Below, in pieces: positions 8,257-17,308 of a stretch of DNA of 59,660 bases (the first letter of the stretch is position 1; every line of letters starts with the position of its first letter). The stretch lies in NCBI GenBank assembly GCA_002784625.1, contig PFLP01000027.1, forward strand, positions 1 through 59,660. Direction: 5' to 3'. The position numbers and the translations under genes were made by a program. The notes beneath the pieces are model-generated. The model saw only the letters and a list, made by a program, of their open reading frames with translations. It had not been told where the DNA came from and did not search any database. This DNA is from Candidatus Pacebacteria bacterium CG_4_10_14_0_8_um_filter_42_14 (lineage in GTDB: Bacteria > Patescibacteriota > Microgenomatia > UBA1400 > PJMF01).

Positions 8257-9162
8257 TTGCATAAATTGTTGTTCAATCTCAGGGGCAAGATCATTAATGT
8301 GAAAGCCGATAAAGACGATTGAGTTTTCCATATTTTTTTGTTCATTCTCGGCTTGCACATAGGTTGTCCTGGCGCCGACAGTGTTAAGGATATTTAATCC
8401 TTCGCCCTTCAGGTTAACCATGCCTTTAATGCGAAAAACAGATTTTGGTAATTGCGAAATCCAGTCGCTAAGTGCTTGTTTCTCTATTTCTCCTTTGCTT
8501 TTTAGATGGAATGATTCGAGTCCGTCCTGGGTGAGGTGATGACTGTGATCTTGTTTAATCTCTAGTAGTTCTTCTAGTTCTTTTGAAGAAACACCGAATG
8601 CGAGGGTTGGGTCAAGAACTCCTTCAGGAGCTTCGATGATCGGGGAGTGATCGTTTAGTTCTCGAACATAGCCAACCACGCGTTTTTTCTGCTCGAGTGA
8701 CGAAAGCTCTATTTTATTAAAGACAATTAGATCGGTGAATTTAGCCTGGTTTTTAGCAGTAATACTAAGATCTTTATAGCCTTCGAACTGTGTTGTATCG
8801 ACGATACTGATGACGCCGTCACGAACTAGCTTGGGGTGGTTCTGAATCATTAGAGCTATGGCGGAAGGATCAGCAGCACCCGAAGCTTCGATGATGATTC
8901 GATCAGGTTTAAATTTTTCTGAAATTTCATCGATCGCTGCGATAAATGGGCCGACTAGAGTGCAACAAATACAGCCGTTGAGAAGCTCTCGGGTGGCAAT
9001 GTGTTTACCCTTCATAATTTCGGCGTCGATATTTTCAGAGCCGATTTCATTTTTGATATAAATAACTTGTTTACCATTGGTTTGGAGCTCATCAATGAGT
9101 TTAGAAATAATGGTAGTTTTTCCAGAGCCTAAGAAACCGGTAAAGATAGTTGTTGGAATCAT
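8245..9162 (-). CDS. COG0523/CobW family G3E GTPase (putative Zn metallochaperone)
   Basis: TGFLGSGKTT, NEIG, GCICC, IEASG, NKIE, short His patch, FRIKG in CobW_C. Start set at ATG 9162, 7 nt after TGgTATGCT. Confidence 0.92.
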   Translation of the reverse strand: MIPTTIFTGFLGSGKTTIISKLIDELQTNGKQVIYIKNEIGSENIDAEIMKGKHIATRELLNGCICCTLVGPFIAAIDEISEKFKPDRIIIEASGAADPSAIALMIQNHPKLVRDGVISIVDTTQFEGYKDLSITAKNQAKFTDLIVFNKIELSSLEQKKRVVGYVRELNDHSPIIEAPEGVLDPTLAFGVSSKELEELLEIKQDHSHHLTQDGLESFHLKSKGEIEKQALSDWISQLPKSVFRIKGMVNLKGEGLNILNTVGARTTYVQAENEQKNMENSIVFIGFHINDLAPEIEQQFMQLFP

Positions 9163-9187
9163 CCTAAAAAGCATACCACGATGTGTT

Positions 9188-9946
9188 TTATCTTAAAGAC
9201 GCCCGAATAAATCTGTTTCTCTTGAATTGGTCCGTGATAAATTCTAAATTCCAGTCACTCAAGAACTCGCTCATCGCTTCTTTTGTATGTGATTCATCGA
9301 CCTCCAAGAGAACCACGCCATCAGGTTGAAGGTGATCGGGGGCTTGCTTCAATAATTGGCTGATTAGTTTTAGGCCGTCATCGCCTCCGTCGAGCGCAAG
9401 ATGAGGCTCGTGATCACGAACGCTTGGATCGAGGGACTTAAGTTTACCAGAAGGAATGTATGGCAAGTTGGCTATGATGACGTCTAATTGCAGAGTTGGC
9501 TTGGCTTTGTTCAAGAGATCACTTTGCAGAAATGATAGCTGGGGAAGAAGTCCCAGAACTTGATAAGCATTCCGTTTGGCGATGGCAAGGGCGTGTGGAG
9601 AAATGTCTGTGGCCAAAAACTTAATTCTGTCTATTTCAGCGACTAACTTGTGCAAAACTGAAACAGCTATGGCACCACTACCAGTACCAACTTCGGCAAT
9701 AGAGACAAAGTCGATAGCAATGCTTAATTTTTTGTTTATCTCAGCTAGAGCCAGCTCGACTAATTCCTCGGTTTCAATTCTCGGGATCAGCGCATCTTTG
9801 GTCACTTGCAAAGCTAAGTCGCGAAATTCGGCCACGCCAGTGATGTGCTCGACAGGTCTGGTATCAGTTGGGGAGACACGAACTGGTATAGGTGAATACC
9901 GAGCTAGATGGGTTTGCTCACGGGGTGATAGTACTCTAGTGCTCAT
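9188..9946 (-). CDS. prmC: Release factor glutamine methyltransferase (N-terminally shortened)
   Basis: PVEHITG, LIPRIETEELV, EVGTGSGAIA, ANLPYIP, EPHLALDGGDDGL. Confidence 0.92.
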   Translation of the reverse strand: MSTRVLSPREQTHLARYSPIPVRVSPTDTRPVEHITGVAEFRDLALQVTKDALIPRIETEELVELALAEINKKLSIAIDFVSIAEVGTGSGAIAVSVLHKLVAEIDRIKFLATDISPHALAIAKRNAYQVLGLLPQLSFLQSDLLNKAKPTLQLDVIIANLPYIPSGKLKSLDPSVRDHEPHLALDGGDDGLKLISQLLKQAPDHLQPDGVVLLEVDESHTKEAMSEFLSDWNLEFITDQFKRNRFIRASLR

Positions 9947-9958
9947 AAAATGATGGCT

Positions 9959-10072
9959 TTAACCACCAAATGGGTTGAAAGAAAAAATGAGGCTGGCTAC
10001 ATAAAGAATTGCAGCAAAAAAGATTGTCGCTAGCGCAATAACATAAGCGTATGGAGCTCTAAACCACTGCAT
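9959..10072 (-). CDS. Small single-TM protein, 37 aa, MQWFRAPYAYVIALATIFFAAILYVASLIFSFNPFGG (not in ORF track)
   Basis: Translated by hand, ATG 10072 to TAA 9959; one hydrophobic helix; TGaTATACT exactly 6 nt before the ATG; fills the gap to prmC. Confidence 0.65.
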   Translation of the reverse strand: MQWFRAPYAYVIALATIFFAAILYVASLIFSFNPFGG

Positions 10073-10078
10073 TTAAGC

Positions 10079-10105
10079 AGTATATCATGTTGCCCGTGCT
10101 AGAAT
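10079..10105. promoter_or_regulatory. Back-to-back divergent extended -10 promoters, both leaderless
   Basis: Plus strand TGcTAGAAT (10097-10105) + 6 nt + ATG 10112; minus strand TGaTATACT (10087-10079) + 6 nt + ATG 10072. Confidence 0.7.
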
Positions 10106-10111
10106 ATCGCC

Positions 10112-10546
10112 ATGACCATTCAAGACAAACTAATCTCAGATATGAAACAAGCGATGAAGAGTCGTGATGCCGTCACCCTTTCTGTGGTGCGCTATCTTCG
10201 CTCCGCAATTAAGAATGCTGAAATTGATGCAGGAGAGCTTAGTGAACAAGCCGTCATAGCGATAATAAAAAAACAAATCAAGCAAGCTGATGAAGCTATC
10301 ACCGAGCTCGAGAGAGCCGGTCGCAGTGAGTTAGTTGCTGAAGAAACAGCTAAGAAAGCTGTGCTTGAGGCATATGTACCCGCCCAGATGGACGAGGCTG
10401 CGGTTCGCGCTTTGATTTTAGAAGTCAAAACAGAAACCGGCGAAACTAATCCTGGCAAGCTAACGGGTCTGGTGCTCCAGCGAAGCGGTGGCTTGGTAGA
10501 TGGAGGTGTAGTCTCAGCCCTTATTAGATCTGAATTTTCACAATAG
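10112..10546 (+). CDS. GatB/YqeY domain protein
   Basis: DMKQAMKSRD..LRSAIKNAEID..GRSELVAEE..LEAYVPAQM..VDGGVVS. Confidence 0.92.
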   Translation: MTIQDKLISDMKQAMKSRDAVTLSVVRYLRSAIKNAEIDAGELSEQAVIAIIKKQIKQADEAITELERAGRSELVAEETAKKAVLEAYVPAQMDEAAVRALILEVKTETGETNPGKLTGLVLQRSGGLVDGGVVSALIRSEFSQ

Positions 10547-10549
10547 CTT

Positions 10550-11194
10550 ATGCATCAGAGAACAATCGGAGAGATCCTGGCTGAGGAGAGAACAAAGCAC
10601 CACATCAGCATTCCAAAACTTGCCGCCAAAACACGCATTCGTCAGTCTTACATTGTTGCTTTAGAAGAAAATAAATTTGATCAGCTTCCCGCCGCAGTTT
10701 TTGTGAAGGGTTACATCAAAACATTTGGTCGAGTTTTGGGCTTCGATGATCGGCCGCTTCTGGCCTTACTGCGTAGAGATTTTAAAGAAAGCGCTGAAGG
10801 CACCTTGATTCCCAGAGAATTTATCGCTCCAACTTTGAAGCGCTTCAGACAGCCCAGAGCCATCACTACGGCGATAATTTTGCTAGTTTCACTATTTAGC
10901 ACCATATTTTTCTATGTTCTTTTCCAGTGGTATCAGTTACAAAAACCGCCTGAGATTTTCCTGATCTCTCCAGAGGATGCGAGCGTGGTGGGACCCACGG
11001 TTGTTGTTAGGGGCACGACTGATTTTGACGCAGTACTGACAGTTAATAGCCAGCCGGTTGCCTTGCAGCCAGATGGCTCTTTCGAGACTACAGTTCAGTT
11101 CGTTACAGAGGGCGTAGTCACAGTGGTGGTTGAAGCTCAAGATAAACAAGGTAAGATCAGCACTGAGGTTCGCCAGGTCCAAGTGCAGTTTTAA
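10550..11194 (+). CDS. RodZ-like HTH membrane protein with a C-terminal Ig-like domain
   Basis: IGEILAEER..KTRIRQSYIVALEENKFDQLPAAVFVKGYIKTFGRVLG, one TM, beta-rich C-terminus. Confidence 0.85.
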   Translation: MHQRTIGEILAEERTKHHISIPKLAAKTRIRQSYIVALEENKFDQLPAAVFVKGYIKTFGRVLGFDDRPLLALLRRDFKESAEGTLIPREFIAPTLKRFRQPRAITTAIILLVSLFSTIFFYVLFQWYQLQKPPEIFLISPEDASVVGPTVVVRGTTDFDAVLTVNSQPVALQPDGSFETTVQFVTEGVVTVVVEAQDKQGKISTEVRQVQVQF

Positions 11195-11237
11195 GGCGAT
11201 GTTGTATAGTGAAGTATAATCAAAATAAGGAGTAATT

Positions 11238-11504
11238 ATGGAACTTGTCCCAACAGTATTTGCAGTCGTTCTCGTCATACTTGCCATCGTGCTAAGTGTG
11301 GTCGGGGTTCAGATGGTTTTAGTTTTGGCTGAACTGAAGCGAACTTTGCAAAAAGTAAACAACGCCGTGGAAACTGCTGAAACCAAAATATCTGGTCTGA
11401 TGCAGCCTTTGCAACAGCTGGGTGGAGCAGTCAGCGGTGTCAAAACAGGTCTAAAAGTATTCGAAGCATTCGTTGGTTGGATAAACAAAAATAAAAATGA
11501 GTGA
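11238..11504 (+). CDS. DUF948/YoxC-like membrane coiled-coil protein
   Basis: TM plus helical stretch, adjacent to a YtxH-like gene; TATAAT and SD AAGGAG upstream. Confidence 0.65.
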   Translation: MELVPTVFAVVLVILAIVLSVVGVQMVLVLAELKRTLQKVNNAVETAETKISGLMQPLQQLGGAVSGVKTGLKVFEAFVGWINKNKNE

Positions 11505-11808
11505 TCATGAATCCGGCCATTTCTCTACGGGATTTTCTCTCGGATTATTAGCTGGCGCAGCGGGCTATTTTGTCTTTGGTACAAACAAGGGAAAAGAATT
11601 TCGCGTTGAATTGTCAAAAAAATGGCAAGAGGCAAAAAAAGTCGCCGCTGATGAGTGGCCAAAAGAAGCTGGGGCAGAGACGATTGGTGACTTTTTAAAG
11701 ACCATGATTACTCAGATTTCTAGTGAAATTGCTGATTCGACTGGGTCAAAAAAACATCCAAAGCGCAAAAAAAAACCAACAAACAAAAAACAATTTAAAG
11801 GAATTTAG
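11497..11808 (+). CDS. YtxH-like protein
   Basis: FSTGFSLGLLAGAAGYFVFGTNKGKEFRVEL motif. Confidence 0.75.
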   Translation: MSDHESGHFSTGFSLGLLAGAAGYFVFGTNKGKEFRVELSKKWQEAKKVAADEWPKEAGAETIGDFLKTMITQISSEIADSTGSKKHPKRKKKPTNKKQFKGI

Positions 11809-11809
11809 T

Positions 11810-13675
11810 ATGACCCCTGACGAACTTCGTCTCGCTTACCTTGACTTTATGGAGAGTAAGAAGCACGCTATTGTGCCGTCCTCTTCGATAGTGCCAGAGA
11901 ATGACCCGACCACTCTTTTTACTGGTTCGGGAATGCAGCCGATGATTACCTACTTACTTGGAGAGACACATCCGGAAGGCACTCGTATTGCTAACAGTCA
12001 ACGCTGTTTCAGATCCCAAGACATCGAGGAAGTTGGTGATAATCGACATACAACATATTTCGAGATGCTGGGGAATTGGTCTTTTGGGGATTACTTTAAA
12101 AAAGAGCAACTCAGTTGGTTTTTTGAGTTTCTGACGAAAAAAGTTGGTTTAGACCCAGAGAAATTATTTGTCACGGTCTTTAGAGGTAATGATAAACTTG
12201 GCATTGGCAAAGACACTGAGTCTGTCAAAATTTGGCAAGAATTGTTCGCAGAAGTTGGCTGCACAGTTGAGGACGTTGATTTTTCAGAGCGCGATGGTAT
12301 GGGCGATGGCCGAATTTTTTATTATGACGAAACCAAAAATTGGTGGTCCAGAGCTGGAGTGCCTAATAATATGCCAGCCGGAGAGCCCGGTGGTCCGGAT
12401 AGTGAAATGTTTTATGACTTCGGTGCAGAGCGCCAGCTTCACGAGAACTCTGAATTTGCCAAACTTCCCTGTCACGTGAACTGCGACTGCGGCCGTTTTC
12501 TAGAGATCGGCAACTCAGTTTTCATGCAGTATCTGAAACAAGCGGATGGATCCTTTACGGAGTTACCACAGCAGAACGTCGATTTTGGCGGGGGCTTAGT
12601 GCGTATTGCGGCGGCCCAAAACAATGATCCAGACGTTTTTGTCACTTCATTTTTTACTCCAATAATTGCCAAACTTGAATCTATTACTGGTAAAAAATAT
12701 GGAGAATCAGAAGAGGTAAAATACGCATTTCGAGTCATTGCCGATCATGTTTGTGCGGCAGTTATGCTTGCTAGTGACGGAGTTTTTCCTTCTAATAAAG
12801 AGCAGGGCTACTTTTCTCGCCGTCTGCTTCGTCGCTCGATCAGATATATTCACACCATCGGTTACGATGAGCCATTTTTGGCCGAGTTGGTCGATGTTGT
12901 AGCCGAGATTTATGGCAAAGCATACCCTTCGATTCTGAATGGGCTGCCCCAGATTAAAGCTAGCTTCACTGCCGAAGAGAAGAAATTTCAAAAAGCTCTG
13001 GCTAAAGGTCTGAGGCACTTCACGGATTTAAAAGTAATTGATGGTGAGTCTGCCTTCGCACTTTATGAAACTTACGGCTTTCCTTTTGAACTTACCCAAG
13101 AGTTAGCTGTAGAGCGTGGCATTACCTTAAAGCAAGCTGACTTTGATGCCGCAAGAGATGCGCATGCCGCCAAATCTCGCCAAGGATCAGCTGGGAAATT
13201 TAAGGGTGGACTACAAGACACCAGCGAAATTGCTACAAAATATCATACAGCTACTCACTTATTGCACGCGGCTCTGAGAAAATTGCTCGGTACTGGTGTG
13301 CAACAGAAGGGCTCGAATATTACGGCGGAGCGATTACGCTTTGATTTTTCGTTTGAGAGAGTTTTAACAGCTGAAGAACAGAAAACTGTGCTAAATCAGA
13401 TTTTGGAGTGGATAGATAAAGAATTACCAGTCACTAAGCAAACGATGGAAAAAGAGGCGGCAATAAAATCTGGAGCAATTGCTTTTTTTAGCCAAAAATA
13501 CCCAGACCAAGTCAGTGTTTACACAATCGGTCTCGATCCAGAAAGCGACTGGATCTCAAAAGAGCTTTGCGGTGGACCCCACGTGCAAAACACCAAAGAA
13601 ATTGGAAAGTTGACAATTCTTAAAGAGCAGGCTGTCGCGGCTGGCGTTCGCAGAATGTATCTACAGCTAGTGTAA
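11810..13675 (+). CDS. alaS: Alanine--tRNA ligase (short form, no C-Ala domain)
   Basis: DPTTLFTGSGMQP, RHTTYFEMLGNWSFGDYFK, HTATHLLH and ELCGGPHV editing motifs; start ATG 11810. Confidence 0.97.
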   Translation: MTPDELRLAYLDFMESKKHAIVPSSSIVPENDPTTLFTGSGMQPMITYLLGETHPEGTRIANSQRCFRSQDIEEVGDNRHTTYFEMLGNWSFGDYFKKEQLSWFFEFLTKKVGLDPEKLFVTVFRGNDKLGIGKDTESVKIWQELFAEVGCTVEDVDFSERDGMGDGRIFYYDETKNWWSRAGVPNNMPAGEPGGPDSEMFYDFGAERQLHENSEFAKLPCHVNCDCGRFLEIGNSVFMQYLKQADGSFTELPQQNVDFGGGLVRIAAAQNNDPDVFVTSFFTPIIAKLESITGKKYGESEEVKYAFRVIADHVCAAVMLASDGVFPSNKEQGYFSRRLLRRSIRYIHTIGYDEPFLAELVDVVAEIYGKAYPSILNGLPQIKASFTAEEKKFQKALAKGLRHFTDLKVIDGESAFALYETYGFPFELTQELAVERGITLKQADFDAARDAHAAKSRQGSAGKFKGGLQDTSEIATKYHTATHLLHAALRKLLGTGVQQKGSNITAERLRFDFSFERVLTAEEQKTVLNQILEWIDKELPVTKQTMEKEAAIKSGAIAFFSQKYPDQVSVYTIGLDPESDWISKELCGGPHVQNTKEIGKLTILKEQAVAAGVRRMYLQLV

Positions 13676-13753
13676 CTCTAGCCGAAGAGGCAATAATTTG
13701 CTTTAATGGAGGTGCAAACATCTATTAGGTGTTTCTGGTTGTAGTGGAATAGT

Positions 13754-15928
13754 ATGCAGTTATCAAATCTTTTTGCTGAAGCAAAAAAAACAGGTGAAAA
13801 ACAGGTGCTTTGCATCAGTATTACTGATGCTAGCATTCAGTCGTTGTTCGTGAGTGTCAGTGGCAAGGTTGTAAGGGTTCGCTCCCAGTCCCCTCGACTG
13901 CATTACTCAGATGTGAATGCTTTGATTGTCAAAACTGACGAATCGCTACAACAGCTCGGCCAGGAATCGGAATCAGTCAGTGAAGTAGTTTTTGGACTAG
14001 AGCGCAGCTGGATCTCAAAGGGAGATATCGCCGAAAAGCATAAACAAACTCTCGAGCGCTTGATGAAAGATCTGTCACTGAAGCCGATAGGCTTTGCCGA
14101 TCATACGGAGGCATTAGCCCAGCACTTTTTAGTTTCTCAGCCACAAATTCCCAGGGTCCTGGTTTTGATTAGTCAATCTTTAGTTACAGTGGCATTGCTT
14201 GATCAGGGTTCTTTGCTGGCCGTTCAAGATATTGGTCACTCGGATGATATTGTTGCCGATATTACGGAGGGCCTAGCAAGATTGAAACCAGAGAATGGAT
14301 ATTTACCTTCGAAAATAACCGTAGCTTCGTTTTTACTTCCAGACGAAGAAGTTTTGGCAGCTCAACAAGAACTCCAGGGTGCGGACTGGCAACAGCAAGG
14401 TTTTTTCTTACAAGTCCCCGTGGTCGAGCATTTGGCAGAGGTTGAAGCACTTCAATACTTGGCTATTCAGGTAGGCTCAGTTGCGCCCCAGCAATCAACG
14501 TCTGCTTCAGAAGAAGAGATAGCTCTGCCTGTCGCCGTTGCCGAAGTTCCAGATAAAGAATTTGGTTTTTCTCCTGCGGAAGTCTCTAAGGTTCATTCGA
14601 GTGAGGAAGCGCAAGAAATTGAGGATGCCCCAAAGTCGTTTGGCATACCGATCATCGCCAAGCGTTTGTGGCAACATTCAGACAACATTGACAGCCCCAC
14701 CGGAGACGAGCCAGATGAAGATTTTGATGAATTACCAGCCAGAACCAAGACTAAGCACAAACCTCATAAGTTCGCTATTATTGGAGTGATTGCTGGCTTA
14801 GTAGCCTTATCCATAATTGCTGTAGTTGGCATTACCTTCTTTAGTACCGCTTTGGTTAGTATTACTCCGAAGGTGGTGATAGTCTCTAAGGAGGTTGATA
14901 TTGCCCTTGATTCTTCGATTGCAGCGACCGATACAGAAGCAAGTGTAATAAAAGCCGAGCAGTACAGCGAGGAATTCACGAACGAGCGTTCTGCAGATAC
15001 CAGTGGAATTTCACTAGTTGGAGATAAGGCCACGGGCACGGTGACAATTTTTAATAAAACTGAATCCGACAAAACATTTGAGTCAGGAACCAGCCTTAGT
15101 GTCGATACTTATAACTTTGTAACAACTGAGCAAGTTACCGTTCCTGCCGCCCAAGTAAGTACAAAAGATGGTGGTGCCGGGGAAGTTAAAGATTATGGTC
15201 AGAAATCTGTATCTGTAGCGGCGGCGGCGATAGGAGCAGACTCCAATTTATCCCAGGGTACTGAACTTACCGTGGCTTCTTTTGCAACTAGCAGTTATAC
15301 AGCGACAGCATCACAAGCATTTTCTGGAGGAAGTAGCCGTGAGGTACGTGTCGTTTCGGCAACCGATTTGGAAGTTTTACTTTCGGAAGCAAAAGCGGAG
15401 ATTCTTAAGGAGGCTGGCACAGCTTTTTCTAAAGAATCAGGATCCGGAAAATATATTTTACCTCCGCAGCAGCTAACAATTACATCTACGACATATGATT
15501 CAGAAGAAGGTGACGAAGCTGAGGCTGTTTCTTTGACGCTCATTGCTGAAGTCCAGTCACTGTCATATTCAAAAGAAGATTTAATGCCAGTTGTTAAAGA
15601 AATTCTCCGGTCAGAAATTCCAGAGGGATATGAGCTTATTGATTCTGATCCACAACTTTTATCTGCTCCAGCGAAAGACATAGATTTAACGAAAAAGATT
15701 TCCCTGACTGTGAACATGAGTGCTAAAGCTCAGGCAGTGATTGACCAGCAAGAAGTTTTGAAAGTTGCCCAGGGAAAAAAGAGAGCAGAGGCAGAACGTT
15801 TATTACTTGAAAAATTTCAGATCCAGTCAGCTACGGCCCATCTACAACCCAGCATTATTAATTCCTTTTGGCAAAACTTACCAAAATCTACAGATCGCAT
15901 GAAAGTAGTCGTCGAGTCTTCACTATGA
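13754..15928 (+). CDS. Membrane protein: degenerate FtsA/PilM-like N-terminal domain, acidic linker, TM, baseplate-J-like extracellular domain
   Basis: C-terminal GDKATGTVTIFNKT..FESGT..VSVAAAAIGADSNL..AFSGGSSREVRVVSATD is baseplate J/gp47-like; the N-terminal beta/alpha pattern suggests an actin-like fold (inference). Confidence 0.65.
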   Translation: MQLSNLFAEAKKTGEKQVLCISITDASIQSLFVSVSGKVVRVRSQSPRLHYSDVNALIVKTDESLQQLGQESESVSEVVFGLERSWISKGDIAEKHKQTLERLMKDLSLKPIGFADHTEALAQHFLVSQPQIPRVLVLISQSLVTVALLDQGSLLAVQDIGHSDDIVADITEGLARLKPENGYLPSKITVASFLLPDEEVLAAQQELQGADWQQQGFFLQVPVVEHLAEVEALQYLAIQVGSVAPQQSTSASEEEIALPVAVAEVPDKEFGFSPAEVSKVHSSEEAQEIEDAPKSFGIPIIAKRLWQHSDNIDSPTGDEPDEDFDELPARTKTKHKPHKFAIIGVIAGLVALSIIAVVGITFFSTALVSITPKVVIVSKEVDIALDSSIAATDTEASVIKAEQYSEEFTNERSADTSGISLVGDKATGTVTIFNKTESDKTFESGTSLSVDTYNFVTTEQVTVPAAQVSTKDGGAGEVKDYGQKSVSVAAAAIGADSNLSQGTELTVASFATSSYTATASQAFSGGSSREVRVVSATDLEVLLSEAKAEILKEAGTAFSKESGSGKYILPPQQLTITSTTYDSEEGDEAEAVSLTLIAEVQSLSYSKEDLMPVVKEILRSEIPEGYELIDSDPQLLSAPAKDIDLTKKISLTVNMSAKAQAVIDQQEVLKVAQGKKRAEAERLLLEKFQIQSATAHLQPSIINSFWQNLPKSTDRMKVVVESSL

Positions 15929-16896
15929 GTGTTAAAAAAAAGCCTGCCCACAAACCAGTCGATCAGAAAAAATTAATTGAACTGTATCGTAAAGCGTTAC
16001 TTAGTGGCATGTCTTTAGACAATCTCGAGTCGAGTATTGAGCGTCATCTTGAGCGTCTTCAAGCTACTGATTCAGTAGAGGCAGATGAGCAGCGCGCAGC
16101 CATCGTCGAGATAAAGCAACAATTACCACTCGTCGTCAGAGTTGGCGCCGCGCTTGTGCCAATTGTGTTAATTCTCGTTGGAGTTGGTTTGGTTGGGAGC
16201 GCAGTGGTTCCAATCGCCGGTCACTACATCACCCAGGTGTCACAGCTACAAGCTGCCCAGCTTACCTCGCCAATTCCAGAGGAAGAAGTGATGGAGCTTA
16301 CTCCAGTGACAGTGACAGATGTCTCAGAATCTCGTCGTTCATCGGGTGGATTTGCATTTGAGCCCGAGATAGTTGACGTCGAACTTGATTACACGAATCT
16401 TCAAAATTGGTTCACAGGTGTTGATATTCCCACCCTCGCTACTGGCAAAAACAGCGATGGTCAGGTCGAGTACACGATAGACATTCCCAAGCTAAAAATA
16501 TTTGGAGCCAAGGTTGTGGCGGGTGGCACAGATCTTAGCAAGGGTATTATCGCCTACGAAGGCACGGCGCTTCCAGGAGAGTTTGGCGCGCCTGTCTTGT
16601 TTGGTCACTCTACGAACAGAGCTTTTTATAATCCTAGCGAAAAAAACTCCCGTCGTTATATGTCGATTTTCAGTTACATCATGACCCTTGATAAAAATGA
16701 CGAGATAATTATTTCCATGAACGATGGAATTAAATACACCTATGTTGTGCAGGAAAAGACGGAAGTTAAACCCACAGATGTATATATTCTGACACAAAAA
16801 TATGACTCTAAAAGTCTGAAGCTTGTTACTTGTACGCCAGAAGGAACTTATTTGCGCAGAGGAGTAGTGACTGCCCAGCTGGTTTCGCAGAGTTAG
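15925..16896 (+). CDS. Sortase family protein
   Basis: TM anchor, IDIPKL, VLFGHS (His), LKLVTCTPEGTYLRR (Cys, Arg); ATGA overlap with the upstream gene. Confidence 0.92.
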   Translation: MSVKKKPAHKPVDQKKLIELYRKALLSGMSLDNLESSIERHLERLQATDSVEADEQRAAIVEIKQQLPLVVRVGAALVPIVLILVGVGLVGSAVVPIAGHYITQVSQLQAAQLTSPIPEEEVMELTPVTVTDVSESRRSSGGFAFEPEIVDVELDYTNLQNWFTGVDIPTLATGKNSDGQVEYTIDIPKLKIFGAKVVAGGTDLSKGIIAYEGTALPGEFGAPVLFGHSTNRAFYNPSEKNSRRYMSIFSYIMTLDKNDEIIISMNDGIKYTYVVQEKTEVKPTDVYILTQKYDSKSLKLVTCTPEGTYLRRGVVTAQLVSQS

Positions 16897-16897
16897 T

Positions 16898-17308
16898 ATG
16901 ACAAAACAATCAACCCTTGGCATTGATTATGGCGTAAAACGAATCGGCGTTGCGGTCAGTTATCATTCACTGGCAGAACCTTTAAAAATCGTCCCTCACG
17001 GCAACGCAGTTTTTGCAGATCTACAACGAATTATTGACGAGCATAACGTTGGCTATCTTGTATTTGGAATTTCAGATGGTGAGATGGCGGAGAAAACCAG
17101 AATCTTTGCGGAAAAACTCAAGCTAGTAACAGGCCTGCCGTTGGCGTTTATAGACGAGGCTTACAGTTCTAAGCAAGTGCATGAGAAGATGAAAATCAAG
17201 CGTGGCCCGAGAGCCTCACAACATAAGCCAATCGATCACTATGTGGCTGCAGAGCTTCTACAAGAATGGTTAGATAGTAAGTTACTGCAGGAAGAACGCT
17301 ATGCCTAA
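16898..17308 (+). CDS. ruvX: YqgF/RuvX pre-16S rRNA nuclease
   Basis: LGIDYGVKRIGVAVS, FIDEAYSS, IDHYVAAELLQEWLD. Confidence 0.93.
   Translation: MTKQSTLGIDYGVKRIGVAVSYHSLAEPLKIVPHGNAVFADLQRIIDEHNVGYLVFGISDGEMAEKTRIFAEKLKLVTGLPLAFIDEAYSSKQVHEKMKIKRGPRASQHKPIDHYVAAELLQEWLDSKLLQEERYA

Noticed and set aside
13706..13744. 12-codon uORF (MEVQTSIRCFWL) and hairpin AAACATCT-ATT-AGGTGTTT before the baseplate-like gene
   Set aside because: The ATG lies inside a possible -10 box, there is no SD, and the ORF is too short to support without conservation data
13754..15928. Prophage or contractile injection system suggested by the baseplate-J-like domain
   Set aside because: No sheath, tube, spike, terminase, capsid or integrase genes nearby; the protein has a TM and sits among housekeeping genes
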